Source: Candidatus Nomurabacteria bacterium (lineage in GTDB: Bacteria; Patescibacteriota; Minisyncoccia; Phycocordibacterales; UBA9973). From it: 64,000 nucleotides of DNA. The position numbers and the translations under genes are program-made. The notes under the pieces were generated by a model. The model was not told where the DNA came from. It did not search any database and was given only the letters and a program-made list of their open reading frames with translations. Positions 34,770 through 45,051 of the stretch are shown piece after piece; positions within the stretch are counted from its first letter, which is position 1; the number at the start of each line of letters is the position of its first letter. The stretch spans positions 20,007-84,006 of the forward strand of contig PMDZ01000006.1 of assembly GCA_003155695.1 (NCBI GenBank), given 5' to 3'.

Positions 34770-36269
34770 ATGGCAAAAGTTAAAAATTTTTTTAAAGATA
34801 AAATTCTGAAAAAGAAGGGGGTTTGGATACCACTCTTGATTATTTTGGTAATTGGTCTTTTTATTTTATTAAAGCCAAACAATAATGCAAAAAATACCGT
34901 TACCGATATTGCAAAGTATACAGACTTAAAAGAAACAGTTCTTGCTACTGGCCAAGTTGTCTCAAATACGGATTTGAATTTGTCTTTCAATTCAGGTGGA
35001 ACTGTCAAAACCATAAAAGTAAAAGTTGGGGATACTGTCAAACAAGGACAAGAACTTGCGACTCTCGACCAAGCATCGGTTCTGGCTACTCTGACATCGG
35101 CTCGTGGGGCACTTGCGGCGGCAAATGCCGGATATAAGAAAATTTTGGAAGGTGCTTCGAATGAACAAATTGCTCTATCTCAAGTCACTCTTGACCAAAC
35201 TAAACTGACCCAAGGGACACTTGTTAACAACGCCTATAAAAATCTTTTGAATTCTACTCCGGAAGCAGTGCCCAAAGATGGAACAAGTGACAATGCCGCA
35301 CCGACAATTAGTGGAACTTATAATTTAGGGAAAGAAGGGGAAATATATTTAAGTATTTATAATAGTTCCGGTGGTGAAAGTTTTAGTGTGACTGGACTTG
35401 CGGAAGGAACAGGGCTGGTTGATGCAATTACTCCCCAGCCAATAGGTGATTCAGGCTTATATATTAAATTTCCTTCGGAGACAAATATAGACGTTAGTGA
35501 TTGGGTTATAGAAATTCCCAATAAAAAAGCTGCCGATTATTTAATCAATTATAATGCATACCAGACTGCACTTGCCCAAGCGAAATCGGCTATAGACCAA
35601 AGTGCTGCCGAACTTGCTTTAACAAAATCTACCGCTCGTCAATCGGACATTGATTTAGCGGAAGCTAATATTATTTCGGCCGAAGGGCAAGTGGAACAGG
35701 CCACGGCTGTGTACAATAATACTGTAATTACAGCACCACTTGACGGGACAATCACAAGCATTGATATCAAACAGGGAGAACTAGCTTCGGCCTTGAGCCC
35801 GGCTATGACTCTTCAAGATGTTTCGAATATTTACCTTGAAGCCAATATAAATGAAGCAAATATTGCGAGCCTTGGTTTGGGTATGCCTGTTGATATCACT
35901 TATGACGCTTTTGGCTCGGATACACATTTTAAGGGTAATATTACAAAGATAGACCCATCCTCTACCATAATTTCCGGAGTCGTGAATTACAAAGTTACAG
36001 CCAGTGTAGAGCAAACAGAAAATCTTCGCCCAGGGATGACAGCCAATATGACGATTCTTGTCAAAGAGAAAAATCATATTTTAGTTGTTCCGTCTCGCGC
36101 AATTTTAACCGATACTTCAGGTAATAAAACTATTCGCATAGTTACAGATACAAAAACAAAAAAATTTAAAGAAGTAAAAATTACTACCGGCCTCGAAGGT
36201 GATGGCGGTATGGTTGAAGTTACTTCGGGGTTAAATGAAAATAACGAATTTGTCATTTTAATAAAATAA
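34770..36269 (+). CDS. HlyD/MacA-family periplasmic adaptor (membrane fusion protein) of an ABC efflux system
   Basis: An N-terminal TM anchor, a biotin-lipoyl-like region (KVKVGDTVKQGQELATLD), a coiled coil, a beta-barrel, and a C-terminal MFP domain. It is followed by the ABC ATPase and permeases. Confidence 0.75.
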   Translation: MAKVKNFFKDKILKKKGVWIPLLIILVIGLFILLKPNNNAKNTVTDIAKYTDLKETVLATGQVVSNTDLNLSFNSGGTVKTIKVKVGDTVKQGQELATLDQASVLATLTSARGALAAANAGYKKILEGASNEQIALSQVTLDQTKLTQGTLVNNAYKNLLNSTPEAVPKDGTSDNAAPTISGTYNLGKEGEIYLSIYNSSGGESFSVTGLAEGTGLVDAITPQPIGDSGLYIKFPSETNIDVSDWVIEIPNKKAADYLINYNAYQTALAQAKSAIDQSAAELALTKSTARQSDIDLAEANIISAEGQVEQATAVYNNTVITAPLDGTITSIDIKQGELASALSPAMTLQDVSNIYLEANINEANIASLGLGMPVDITYDAFGSDTHFKGNITKIDPSSTIISGVVNYKVTASVEQTENLRPGMTANMTILVKEKNHILVVPSRAILTDTSGNKTIRIVTDTKTKKFKEVKITTGLEGDGGMVEVTSGLNENNEFVILIK

Positions 36270-36278
36270 AATATAAAA

Positions 36279-36992
36279 ATGTTAATAGAACTTAAAAACA
36301 TTATTAAGAATTATGATAATGGGGGAGTGATAACTCGTGTTTTGCAAAATATTAATTTGGAAGTTGATAAAGGAGAGTTTATCGCTATTATGGGACCATC
36401 CGGTTCCGGTAAATCAACCCTGATGCATACGATTGGATTTTTGGATAGACCAACTTCCGGAGATTATTTTTTTGACGGAGAAAATACAAAAGATTTTACC
36501 GATGATGAACTGGCTAAAATTCGTAACGAACAAGTTGGCTTCGTTTTTCAATCTTTTAATTTATTACCACGGACAACGGTTTTTGATAATGTCATGTTAC
36601 CACTTCTTTATAGTGAAAATAAAGAAGGGCATGACCGTCGAGTGAAAGACGCGCTGGAGTCGGTAGATTTGGGAGAGAGAATGTCTTTCATGAGCAATCA
36701 AATTTCCGGTGGGCAGAAACAGCGTGTAGCCATTGCTCGAGCTCTTGTCTGTGACCCGAAAGTTATTTTTGCCGATGAACCGACAGGAAATCTTGATTCA
36801 AAAAGTGGTGGAACGGTTATGCACATACTTGATGAACTAAACAAAGAGGGGCGGACTATAATTCTTGTTACTCACGATATAAATGTCGCTCGTCATGCCA
36901 AGCGCATTGTAGCTATTCGCGACGGGGAAATCGTCAAAGATGAAAAGGTGGCGGAAAGTGAAAGAATGCACTCAAAACGAAGTGAGGATTAA
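36279..36992 (+). CDS. ABC transporter ATP-binding protein (MacB/LolD-type)
   Basis: Walker [10 protein letters not shown], the signature [15 protein letters not shown], and Walker [13 protein letters not shown]. Confidence 0.9.
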   Translation: MLIELKNIIKNYDNGGVITRVLQNINLEVDKGEFIAIMGPSGSGKSTLMHTIGFLDRPTSGDYFFDGENTKDFTDDELAKIRNEQVGFVFQSFNLLPRTTVFDNVMLPLLYSENKEGHDRRVKDALESVDLGERMSFMSNQISGGQKQRVAIARALVCDPKVIFADEPTGNLDSKSGGTVMHILDELNKEGRTIILVTHDINVARHAKRIVAIRDGEIVKDEKVAESERMHSKRSED

Positions 36993-36995
36993 TTT

Positions 36996-38282
36996 ATGCG
37001 GAATTTTTTATCCGAAATTAAAACGACTATTAAAAACTTGCTCTCTCGAAAAGGCAGGTCCTTTTTGACAATTCTAGGTATTATTATTGGTGTCGCTGGA
37101 GTTATTATCATTATTTCTCTTGGAGCAGGAGCTCAATCTTTGGTTCTTGGACAAATCACAAAATTGGGGACAAATATGATTGGAATTCTTCCGGGCAAAA
37201 GCAACGAGAATGGTCCACCGGCGGCTGTTTTTGGCGTTCAAATAAAGACTTTATCTGACCGTGATGTTGAGGCCATAAAAGATAAAAGTAAAGTTCCTTA
37301 TGCTATCGCAGTTGCTTCTTTTGTCAGTAGTAATATTACGATTACCTCGGGACGCGAAAGTGTCGACACAACTTTTACGGCTACAGACGGAGATTATACG
37401 AAAGTTCAAAATGTTGAAATGGAAAAAGGTGATTTTTTCACCGAGGAACAAAGCGATGCCGGGAGTAACGTTATCGTCTTGGGTTATGACGTGGCTACCG
37501 GTTTATTCCCAAACGGCAACGAGCTTGGCCAAGTAGTCAAAATTCAAATACCGAATAATAATCCGACATCACTCACGTCGGATGTTGGAAGTATTCCATT
37601 TCGAGTTATTGGAATCCAGAAAAAAATGGGAACAGTTGGATTCCAAAATCAAGACGACCAAGTCTTTATTCCTTTTTCTATCGGACAACGTCAACTGCTT
37701 GGCATTGATTATATTCAATTCATTCGGATAAAAGTTGACGATGCCGTAAATGTCAAAATAACCATCGATGATATTACTCGTGTTCTTCGAGAACAACATC
37801 ACATTACAAACCCGATTGATGACGATTTTTCTGTTCGAGATTTAGCTGATGCCATAAAAGTTCTGACAAATATTACCGGAACATTAAGTATCTTTCTCAG
37901 TTTAATGGCCGGCATTTCGCTTATCGTTGGAGGTATTGGAATTATGAATATCATGCTGGTGACTGTCTCCGAGCGAACTCGCGAGATTGGACTTAGGAAA
38001 GCAATCGGCGCAACTAGAAAAAATATTCGCAACCAGTTTCTTCTTGAATCGATTGTTCTTACTTTCTCTGGCGGAATCATCGGTATTATTGTCGGCATTT
38101 TAATTTCTTACCTTATCGCCCTCGGTGCCCGCTTTGCCGGCTATGATTGGGCTTTTGTTATTTCACCAATGGCCGTTATTCTGGCTGTTGCTGTTTCTAT
38201 TCTTACTGGAGTAGTTTTTGGCCTTTACCCGGCGATAAAGGCCGCCAAATTAGACCCGATTGTGGCACTACGTTATGAATAA
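36996..38282 (+). CDS. ABC transporter permease, MacB/FtsX family (large periplasmic domain + FtsX C-terminal TM bundle)
   Basis: An N-terminal TM helix, a roughly 230-aa extracytoplasmic domain, and three C-terminal TM helices carrying FtsX-type motifs (GIMNIMLVTVSERTREIGLRKAIGA). Confidence 0.8.
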   Translation: MRNFLSEIKTTIKNLLSRKGRSFLTILGIIIGVAGVIIIISLGAGAQSLVLGQITKLGTNMIGILPGKSNENGPPAAVFGVQIKTLSDRDVEAIKDKSKVPYAIAVASFVSSNITITSGRESVDTTFTATDGDYTKVQNVEMEKGDFFTEEQSDAGSNVIVLGYDVATGLFPNGNELGQVVKIQIPNNNPTSLTSDVGSIPFRVIGIQKKMGTVGFQNQDDQVFIPFSIGQRQLLGIDYIQFIRIKVDDAVNVKITIDDITRVLREQHHITNPIDDDFSVRDLADAIKVLTNITGTLSIFLSLMAGISLIVGGIGIMNIMLVTVSERTREIGLRKAIGATRKNIRNQFLLESIVLTFSGGIIGIIVGILISYLIALGARFAGYDWAFVISPMAVILAVAVSILTGVVFGLYPAIKAAKLDPIVALRYE

Positions 38283-39540
38283 TTTATATTTAAAGCAAGC
38301 TATACGTGGTATTAAATCAAACCCCTCGAGGACAATTTTGACGACTCTGGGAATTATGATTGGCATCGGAACGGTTATCCTTGTTCTTTCGGCTGGAGAA
38401 GGGTTTAAGAGTTACATCAATGCTCAAGTGGAAGCTTTCGGTTCAAATTCAATTATTATCCAGACTTCGGTGCCAGCTTCTACCAAGGCTAGGTCAAGCA
38501 GTGGAATCGGCTCAAATGAACCACAAAGTTCGGCCAACAACGCTGTTCCGATCACGACTCTTAAAGTTCGTGATGTCGAAGATATAAAAAATGTTTCAAA
38601 TGTCAAAAATTCCTATGGGGCGTCTGTTGGTCAGCAAACTGTCACCTATAAAAATGTTTCAAAAAGTTCTTTTATTTTTGGAGCAAGCGCCGCCCGTTTC
38701 GATATAGATAAAGGTGTGATTGCAAATGGACGCGGTTTTGTCGACCAGGAAGATAAAGCTTTGGCCCAAGTCGCAGTCCTTGGGAATAAAATTGCCACCG
38801 ATTTATTCGGGAATGAAGATCCGCTCAATAAATTTGTAAGAATCGGTAATTATAATTTTCAGGTAATCGGTGTTTACGAACCGACGGGAAGTCTGGACCC
38901 GACAAATGACGGAAGTGAAATTGTCATTCCGGTCACAACCTTGCAGAAAAAGATTCAAGGCATCGATTATCTTATATATATTGTCGCTGAATTACAGGAT
39001 AACTCTAAAGCCGACGCCACGGCTCTTGATATCATTGACGTTCTTCGCCGTAATCACTACATTACCGACCCGGTCAAAGATGATTTCAAAGTTCAAACTC
39101 AGCAAGAAAGTCTGGCAACTTTTGAGACAATTCTGAAAGCCATAACATTCCTGCTCATCGCCATTGCTTCTATCTCACTTATCGTTGGGGGAGTGGGAGT
39201 CATGAATATTATGTATGTCATCGTTACCGAACGTATCGGTGAAATCGGATTAAAGAAAGCTCTCGGTGCTCGCAACCGCGATATTCTTTATGAATTTCTT
39301 ATTGAGGCCATACTCCTGACAATTATAGGAGGAGTGATAGGAATAATGGGCGGTGCTTTCTTTGCTTTCATTGTTTCAAAAATTGCTCAAGGTTATGGGC
39401 TAGATTGGGCCTTTATTGTGCCTCCTTGGGGAGTAGCCATTTCCGTTTCCGTCTCAGCTATCATCGGCATCATTTTCGGTGTTTTTCCAGCCCAAAACGC
39501 CGCCCACCTAAATCCAATTGACGCGCTTAATAAAGAATAG
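38260..39540 (+). CDS. Second ABC transporter permease, MacB/FtsX family
   Basis: Same architecture: VMNIMYVIVTERIGEIGLKKALGA. Confidence 0.8.
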   Translation: MWHYVMNNLYLKQAIRGIKSNPSRTILTTLGIMIGIGTVILVLSAGEGFKSYINAQVEAFGSNSIIIQTSVPASTKARSSSGIGSNEPQSSANNAVPITTLKVRDVEDIKNVSNVKNSYGASVGQQTVTYKNVSKSSFIFGASAARFDIDKGVIANGRGFVDQEDKALAQVAVLGNKIATDLFGNEDPLNKFVRIGNYNFQVIGVYEPTGSLDPTNDGSEIVIPVTTLQKKIQGIDYLIYIVAELQDNSKADATALDIIDVLRRNHYITDPVKDDFKVQTQQESLATFETILKAITFLLIAIASISLIVGGVGVMNIMYVIVTERIGEIGLKKALGARNRDILYEFLIEAILLTIIGGVIGIMGGAFFAFIVSKIAQGYGLDWAFIVPPWGVAISVSVSAIIGIIFGVFPAQNAAHLNPIDALNKE

Positions 39541-39626
39541 AAAAAAATATAATGATTGCCTAATCTCAATTAAAGTTATATAATCGACAAGTCGGAACAT
39601 TATTAGTAGTTAAAAATATAAAATAT

Positions 39627-39896
39627 ATGCCAAAAGAAAAAGGACCTGAAGCGTTTAGTTTAACTCCAGAATATAGTGAGGCGAAGAAAGAATTTGGTCT
39701 TGATGTTTTAGATAATACCCAAATAGGTCTACGGGAAAAACTTAAAAAGCTCAAAGATCTTGCAGAAAAAATAGGTAACAATGCTAATAATTCCGCTGAT
39801 TTCGAGAATTTTCTTGGATATTGGATAAAAGCCAAAGATCGTGAACTTTATGAAGCTTATATGGAAAGTTTAGAAAATCTCAGAGACGCTGCATAA
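39627..39896 (+). CDS. Small hypothetical protein (89 aa), acidic/helical
   Basis: The ORF has a following imperfect 17-bp hairpin (atacaaaaatgtcctta / taaggatatttttgtat at about 39917..39958). No recognisable motif. Confidence 0.4.
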   Translation: MPKEKGPEAFSLTPEYSEAKKEFGLDVLDNTQIGLREKLKKLKDLAEKIGNNANNSADFENFLGYWIKAKDRELYEAYMESLENLRDAA

Positions 39897-40003
39897 GAAG
39901 GTAAATAAAGATTTTAAATATACAAAAATGTCCTTAATTATAAGGATATTTTTGTATATTTAGATTAATTTAAGTTTTAACTCTTCTATGGTATGATAGG
40001 CAC

Positions 40004-40798
40004 ATGGAAACATTATTAAACAACAAGAGAATAAGCATTTCGGTTTTTATATTATTAATAGTTTTGTCTTTGTTTGTCGTAGCTAAATTTATTAATGAGG
40101 TTAAGGGAAGTCCATATGTCGGTCGCGGGAATCAGCCGGCTAATGTGATATCTGTCGATGGAAAAGGCGATGTCACAGCCGTTTCCGATATTGCATCTTT
40201 GACTGTCAATCTAACCAAAGATGGAACGACGGCAAAAGAAGCCCAAGATTTGCTGAATACATCAATTACTAAAACGTTAAAATATCTTAAAGACCAAAAG
40301 ATTGACGATAAAGATATCAAGTCGGAATACGGAGGGTTAACTCCCAAGTATTCATATGCTCAACCTATTTGTATTACTTATCCGTGTCCGACCAAGGACC
40401 CAGTCATAATCGGTTACACCGCCACCCAGTCAATTACAATAAAAGTTCGTGTTGTCGACAATGCAAGTATTATTCGTACCGGTTTGGCCGATTTGGGAAT
40501 TACCGATATCAGTGGTCCAACCTTCACGATTGATAATCAAGATGCGTTTAATGACCAAGCTCGCGCTCTAGCTATAACCGACGCAAAAGGCAAAGCTCAA
40601 ATTTTGGCTAAAGAACTGGGAGTAACACTTGGTAAAGTTGTAAGCTTCTCGGAAAGTGGCAATAACCCATACCCAGTGATGTATGACACTAAAGCTATGC
40701 TGGGAGCCGGAACCTCAAGCAGTGCAGTTCCACCAACTCTTCCAAAAGGGGAAAACAAAATCACTTCAAACGTCTCAATTACTTACGAGATAAGATAA
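40004..40798 (+). CDS. SIMPL/DUF541 family periplasmic protein (26-kDa periplasmic immunogenic protein-like)
   Basis: An N-terminal TM/signal anchor, then the SIMPL-like fold signature (VSVDGKGDVTAVSDIASLTV...TQSITIKV...GKAQILAKELGVTLGKVVSFSE). Confidence 0.65.
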   Translation: METLLNNKRISISVFILLIVLSLFVVAKFINEVKGSPYVGRGNQPANVISVDGKGDVTAVSDIASLTVNLTKDGTTAKEAQDLLNTSITKTLKYLKDQKIDDKDIKSEYGGLTPKYSYAQPICITYPCPTKDPVIIGYTATQSITIKVRVVDNASIIRTGLADLGITDISGPTFTIDNQDAFNDQARALAITDAKGKAQILAKELGVTLGKVVSFSESGNNPYPVMYDTKAMLGAGTSSSAVPPTLPKGENKITSNVSITYEIR

Positions 40799-40810
40799 AA
40801 ATAACGAAAA

Positions 40811-40837
40811 AACCCTGCAAATGCAGGGTTTTTTTTG
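40811..40837 (+). terminator. Rho-independent terminator
   Basis: aaCCCTGCaaatGCAGGGtt followed by TTTTTTTT. Confidence 0.85.
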
Positions 40838-40981
40838 CTTTGCAAAATATTGTAAATATGATATTCTTCTATGGACAATAGCTCATCGACATATATTTTA
40901 GTAAATATTTGCCGATTATTTTTTTGAGTACTCTTTGATTGAAAAAATTAAATATCAAAATATAAACTAAAATTAAATAAT

Positions 40982-41521
40982 ATGGAAACAACGGAAATAA
41001 CCGCAACAAAAACTTGGAAAGAAACACTTGTCCAAATAGACGCCCGCCTTAAAGAGTTAAACGAAAAGGCAAAACCAAAGATTGAGCAAATTAAGGGAAA
41101 AATATTTCACGAAGATGATGGGGAGAAAAATTTTGCCCTTCTCATGGACATCGCTAAACGATTGGAAGCCATACAAACAGAAAACAATAAATTAATTAAT
41201 AGACATAAAGATGAGTATGAACTAATTTGTCTAACGAAAGAAAGCACTAAAGATTGTCTTTTATTGTTTAATGCTCTTAATCCGTCCGAAAGAATAGCCT
41301 TTGCTCGGTGTTTAAGTGGTGTTTTCCTTCCTGCTTGGAGAGACAAAATAGAAAGAGTCTCAGATGAAAGAGAAAAAATATTCTATAAAGAAAAATTTGA
41401 GCAATTGATGTATTTCTACAGAATTGAGATGATGTTTTATTTAACTGAAAAGGAAGTGGATGAAAAAGGCTTACCTAAGAAACGGTCAGCGGTCAAACCC
41501 GACCTCAAAGAAATAATGTAG
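40982..41521 (+). CDS. Hypothetical protein (179 aa)
   Basis: A clean ORF with its own terminator. No family recognised. Confidence 0.5.
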   Translation: METTEITATKTWKETLVQIDARLKELNEKAKPKIEQIKGKIFHEDDGEKNFALLMDIAKRLEAIQTENNKLINRHKDEYELICLTKESTKDCLLLFNALNPSERIAFARCLSGVFLPAWRDKIERVSDEREKIFYKEKFEQLMYFYRIEMMFYLTEKEVDEKGLPKKRSAVKPDLKEIM

Positions 41522-41531
41522 TTATTTATTT

Positions 41532-41559
41532 AAACCCCTGTAAATCAGGGGTTTTTTTT
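41532..41559 (+). terminator. Rho-independent terminator (near-twin of the one at 40811)
   Basis: aaaCCCCTGtaaatCAGGGGtttttttt. Confidence 0.85.
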
Positions 41560-41641
41560 CATGTTGACTTTATGGGTCTGAAAGCGTATTATATATCTAT
41601 TACACCCCCGGGGTGTTTTTTACTAAGACTAAAACATTTTT

Positions 41642-41827
41642 ATGGATAAAGTAATAAATTATATAAAAGAAGTAATAGAAGAATCAAAAAAGGTAACTTG
41701 GCCGACCCGCAGACAGACAATATTTTTCACAGTTACGGTTTTAATAATATCTGTAGCTGTCGCTTATTATCTCGGGTTACTGGATTTTCTATTTAGTAGT
41801 GGTCTTAAATTTTTACTTACAAGATAA
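41642..41827 (+). CDS. secE: Preprotein translocase subunit SecE
   Basis: A 61-aa single-TM protein, ...KKVTWPTRRQTIFFTVTVLIISVAVAYYLGLLDF, in the position before nusG. Confidence 0.8.
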   Translation: MDKVINYIKEVIEESKKVTWPTRRQTIFFTVTVLIISVAVAYYLGLLDFLFSSGLKFLLTR

Positions 41828-41839
41828 TTTTAAAATATT

Positions 41840-42391
41840 ATGGCAAAACAAGAATTAAGAGGAGAAAGGAATTGGTACGCGATTCATACTTACGCTGGTT
41901 ATGAAAATGCCGTCATGCGTAATCTAAAACAGCGTATCGATTCGCTTGGAATGAATGACAAAATTTTCAGTGTTGTCGTCCCAATCGAGAAAAAGATTAA
42001 GATAAAAGCTGGGAAGCGTGTCGAAGTTGAAGAGAAAGTTTACCCGGGTTATGTCCTCGTCGATATGATTGTTGACGATAATTCTTGGTATGTTGTTCGT
42101 AATACTCCTAGAGTCACAGGTTTTGTCGGAGCCGGAGTCAACCCGGTTCCGCTTGCCAAGAATGAAGTCGATGAACTTTTCAGTCGAATGGATAAAGTTG
42201 ATACGAAAAATAAACACCAAATTGATGTTGAGATTGGGGAGATGGTTCGTATTGCCGATGGCCCATTCAAAGATTTGGAAGGTAAGGTGAGCGATATAGA
42301 CAGAGAGCGAGGTAAAATAAAAGTTCTGGTTTCAATGTTTGGTCGTGAGACTCCAGTCGAGTTGGACTTTCTACAAATCAAGAAAATTTAA
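41840..42391 (+). CDS. nusG: Transcription termination/antitermination factor NusG
   Basis: An NGN domain (NWYAIHTYAGYENAV) and a C-terminal KOW motif (GEMVRIADGPFKDLEGKV). Lies in the secE-nusG-rplK order. Confidence 0.9.
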   Translation: MAKQELRGERNWYAIHTYAGYENAVMRNLKQRIDSLGMNDKIFSVVVPIEKKIKIKAGKRVEVEEKVYPGYVLVDMIVDDNSWYVVRNTPRVTGFVGAGVNPVPLAKNEVDELFSRMDKVDTKNKHQIDVEIGEMVRIADGPFKDLEGKVSDIDRERGKIKVLVSMFGRETPVELDFLQIKKI

Positions 42392-42486
42392 AATAGCTCT
42401 TCCCAAAGGGTACTCAAATTTTTTGCTAAAAATTTGCTCAGTTTTCGCTCCGTCGAGCTCAAAAGCCCCTTTGATAAGACTATTCT
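42392..42486 (+). repeat. Copy B of the ~92-bp structured interspersed repeat (subfamily 1), abutting the nusG stop codon
   Basis: aatagctcttcccaaagggtactcaaattttttgctaaaaatttgctcagttttcgctccgtcgagctcaaaagcccctttgataagactat. Confidence 0.8.
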
Positions 42487-42578
42487 AAATTTTCTTTATT
42501 CTTCTTGATTTGTAAGGATAATTATGATAGATTAAGTCTGTTACGCTAGCTTCAAATTAATAAAAAATATACATTTAT

Positions 42579-43001
42579 ATGGCAAAAAAAATTATAAAAA
42601 AAGTAAAATTACAAATTCCAGCCGCAAAGGCTACCCCTGCTCCACCACTTGGTCCGGCACTTGGTCAGGCCGGCGTTAATATCGCTGAATTCTGCCAAAA
42701 ATTTAACGCTATGACGGCTAAAATGGCTGGAGATATTGTCGGTGTTGCAATTACCGTTTATGAAGATAGAACTTACGATATTAAGGTTAAAACCCCACCA
42801 GTTTCAGGTCTGATATTCAAGGCCGCCGGAGTAGAAGGTGGCTCGGGAAAACCAAATACGGCAAAGGTTGGCAAATTAACCAAAGCTCAAATCAAAGAAA
42901 TTGCCATGAAGAAAATGCCCGACCTGAATGCCAAAGATATAGAAGGAGCCATGAAGATAGTGGAAGGTTCTGCTCGTTCAGCCGGAATCACCACAGAATA
43001 A
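42579..43001 (+). CDS. rplK: 50S ribosomal protein L11
   Basis: [35 protein letters not shown], the canonical L11 N-terminal domain. Confidence 0.95.
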   Translation: MAKKIIKKVKLQIPAAKATPAPPLGPALGQAGVNIAEFCQKFNAMTAKMAGDIVGVAITVYEDRTYDIKVKTPPVSGLIFKAAGVEGGSGKPNTAKVGKLTKAQIKEIAMKKMPDLNAKDIEGAMKIVEGSARSAGITTE

Positions 43002-43018
43002 ATAAAAATTATTTAACA

Positions 43019-43069
43019 TCTCAAAAGAAACAAACGAGAGCCATGGCTCTCGTTTGTTTCTTTTGAGAT
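43019..43069. terminator. 51-bp perfect palindrome between convergent rplK and efp (bidirectional terminator)
   Basis: atctcaaaagaaacaaacgagagccatggctctcgtttgtttcttttgagat, a 23-bp stem centred on CCATGG. Confidence 0.8.
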
Positions 43070-43072
43070 ACT

Positions 43073-43654
43073 TTATTTTCCAACTCTTTCGACATATTCA
43101 CCAGTTTCTGTATTGACGACAACTTTATCGCCGGCTTCAACGAAGAAGGGAACTTGAATCTTGACGCCATTTTCAAGTATGGCCAGTTTGCCTCCACCGT
43201 TGGCTGTGTTGCCACGGATTGATGGAGGAGCTTCCTTGATGGTGAATTCCATTTTAATCGGTAAGGATATTTTTATGATTTGGTCTTCATCGTCATTGTT
43301 GTTCCATACAAGGGCAGTTACATTCTCGTTAGTTTTCAAAAATCTAGCGGAGTTACCGATGATACTCTCGGAGATTTGGAAGCGGTCTTTCGGGTCAGTT
43401 GGATCGGCGAACCAATATTCTCCCTTATTAGTATAAAGGAATTTAATTTCACGTTTATTGATGTCTGCTTCATCCACTTTATCGGCAGCATGGAATGTTG
43501 CATTCAAAGCGCGACCATTCAACAAGTTTTTGAGTTTAACCTGATTTTGTGGCTTTCTCATCTGAGTTCGGGCAACGTGATTATCCAGAACTTCACACGG
43601 TTCATCCTCATAAATTATTATTTTTCCAACACGGATTTCGCTGTATTCGAGCAT
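43073..43654 (-). CDS. efp: Elongation factor P
   Basis: Three OB/KOW-like domains with MLEYSEIRVGKIIIYEDEPCEVLDNHVARTQMRK... The length and block structure are typical of EF-P. Confidence 0.85.
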   Translation of the reverse strand: MLEYSEIRVGKIIIYEDEPCEVLDNHVARTQMRKPQNQVKLKNLLNGRALNATFHAADKVDEADINKREIKFLYTNKGEYWFADPTDPKDRFQISESIIGNSARFLKTNENVTALVWNNNDDEDQIIKISLPIKMEFTIKEAPPSIRGNTANGGGKLAILENGVKIQVPFFVEAGDKVVVNTETGEYVERVGK

Positions 43655-43736
43655 ATATTTTCTAATTATTTAATAACTAAAGGAGTATAACAGAATAAGT
43701 CATTATTTTCAAGCTAGGATAACAAAAAACAAAAAA

Positions 43737-43827
43737 TAGTCTTATCAGAGGGACTTGGGAGCGCGACGGCGCGAGCACGAGGAATTTTTCAGCAGAAAAA
43801 TATCCGTGCCCTCTGGGAAGAGCTATC
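43737..43827 (-). repeat. Copy C of the structured interspersed repeat (subfamily 2, reverse orientation), between recA and efp
   Basis: Its reverse complement reads atagctcttcccagagggcacggatatttttctgctgaaaaattcctcgtgctcgcgccgtcgcgctcccaagtccctctgataagactat. Confidence 0.8.
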
Positions 43828-43846
43828 TTTTGTTTTTATCTTTAAA

Positions 43847-44917
43847 CTATTCTCCACTACTTGCAACCTGGATTTCTCCGAACCTGGATTTAATTTCTTT
43901 CAATATTTCGTCGGAAAGTTTTTTATTGTCACGCAGAAATGTTCGAGCAGCGTCATATCCGCGACCAAGTTTTATTTCTTCGACAGGACCTTTCTCTTTT
44001 TGTTTAGCTGTTCCGTTGTAACTAAATATTGCTCCGCTTGTTTTGCTGATGATTCCGAGTTTTTCACCGAGAGCCATTATTTCGCCTTCACGTGAAATTC
44101 CTTCCCCATACAGGATATCGAATTCAGTTTGTTTGAAAGGACTTGCGACTTTATTCTTGACGACTTTCACTCGAGTACGGCTTCCGACAACTTCCTCGCC
44201 TTTTTTGATTTGGGCAATACGACGGATATCCAAGCGAATAGTTGTGTAGAATTTAAGAGCCTTACCTCCCGGAGTTGTTTCCGGATTTCCGAACATTACA
44301 CCGATTTGCATACGAATCTGATTGATGAATATTAATACTGTTTTTGAATGAGCAACTATAGCTGTTAATTTGCGAAGGGCTTGCGACATCAGGCGAGCTT
44401 GTTTTCCCATATGCTGTTGGCCCATATCTCCCTCAATTTCGTCTTTTGGAGTCAGTGCCGCGACAGAGTCAATGACGATAACATCTATTTTCCCAGAACG
44501 AACCAAACTTTCTGTGATTTCAAGGGCTTGCTCACCATTATCCGGTTGGGATATCAAAAGCTCTTTTATATTTACTCCAAGCTTTCCGGCATAATCCGGG
44601 TCCATGGCATGCTCGGCATCTATATAGGCGCAAACTCCGCCTTTCTTCTGAGCTTCAGCAACGATGTGTAGGGCCAGTGTTGTCTTACCGGAAGATTCCG
44701 GTCCATATATCTCAATCATACGGCCACGAGGCACTCCACCGACGCCGAGAGCCATATCCAAGCCGATTGAACCAGTCGGAATAACATCGATATCTACTTT
44801 TGGAGCATCTCCCAATTTCATAATGGCTCCTTCTCCGAACTTTGTCTGAATTGATTTAATCGTATCTTCAATCGCTGCACCCATTTCCTTTGGGGCCTTT
44901 TTTGCTTTTTTTAACAT
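43847..44917 (-). CDS. recA: Recombinase RecA
   Basis: Walker [10 protein letters not shown], ...[19 protein letters not shown]..., and the conserved L1/L2 loop regions, in a 356-aa protein. Confidence 0.95.
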   Translation of the reverse strand: MLKKAKKAPKEMGAAIEDTIKSIQTKFGEGAIMKLGDAPKVDIDVIPTGSIGLDMALGVGGVPRGRMIEIYGPESSGKTTLALHIVAEAQKKGGVCAYIDAEHAMDPDYAGKLGVNIKELLISQPDNGEQALEITESLVRSGKIDVIVIDSVAALTPKDEIEGDMGQQHMGKQARLMSQALRKLTAIVAHSKTVLIFINQIRMQIGVMFGNPETTPGGKALKFYTTIRLDIRRIAQIKKGEEVVGSRTRVKVVKNKVASPFKQTEFDILYGEGISREGEIMALGEKLGIISKTSGAIFSYNGTAKQKEKGPVEEIKLGRGYDAARTFLRDNKKLSDEILKEIKSRFGEIQVASSGE

Positions 44918-44940
44918 GACTATTAATTTCTCGAAATGAA

Positions 44941-45037
44941 AATAGTTTTCCCAAAAGGGGCTTGTGAACTCGACGGAGTGAACACGGAGGAAATTTTTAG
45001 TAGAAAATTTCCGTACCCTTTTTTGAATACTATTTTT
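44941..45037 (-). repeat. Copy D of the structured interspersed repeat (subfamily 1, reverse orientation), upstream of recA
   Basis: aatagttttcccaaaaggggcttgtgaactcgacggagtgaacacggaggaaatttttagtagaaaatttccgtacccttttttgaatactat matches the reverse complement of copies A and B. Confidence 0.75.
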
Positions 45038-45051
45038 GTTTCGAATGTATT

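Noticed and set aside
43021-43215. Minus-strand ORF 43021..43215 (64 aa)
   Set aside because: It starts inside the 51-bp palindromic terminator and is wholly contained in the longer efp reading frame region. It is an artefact.
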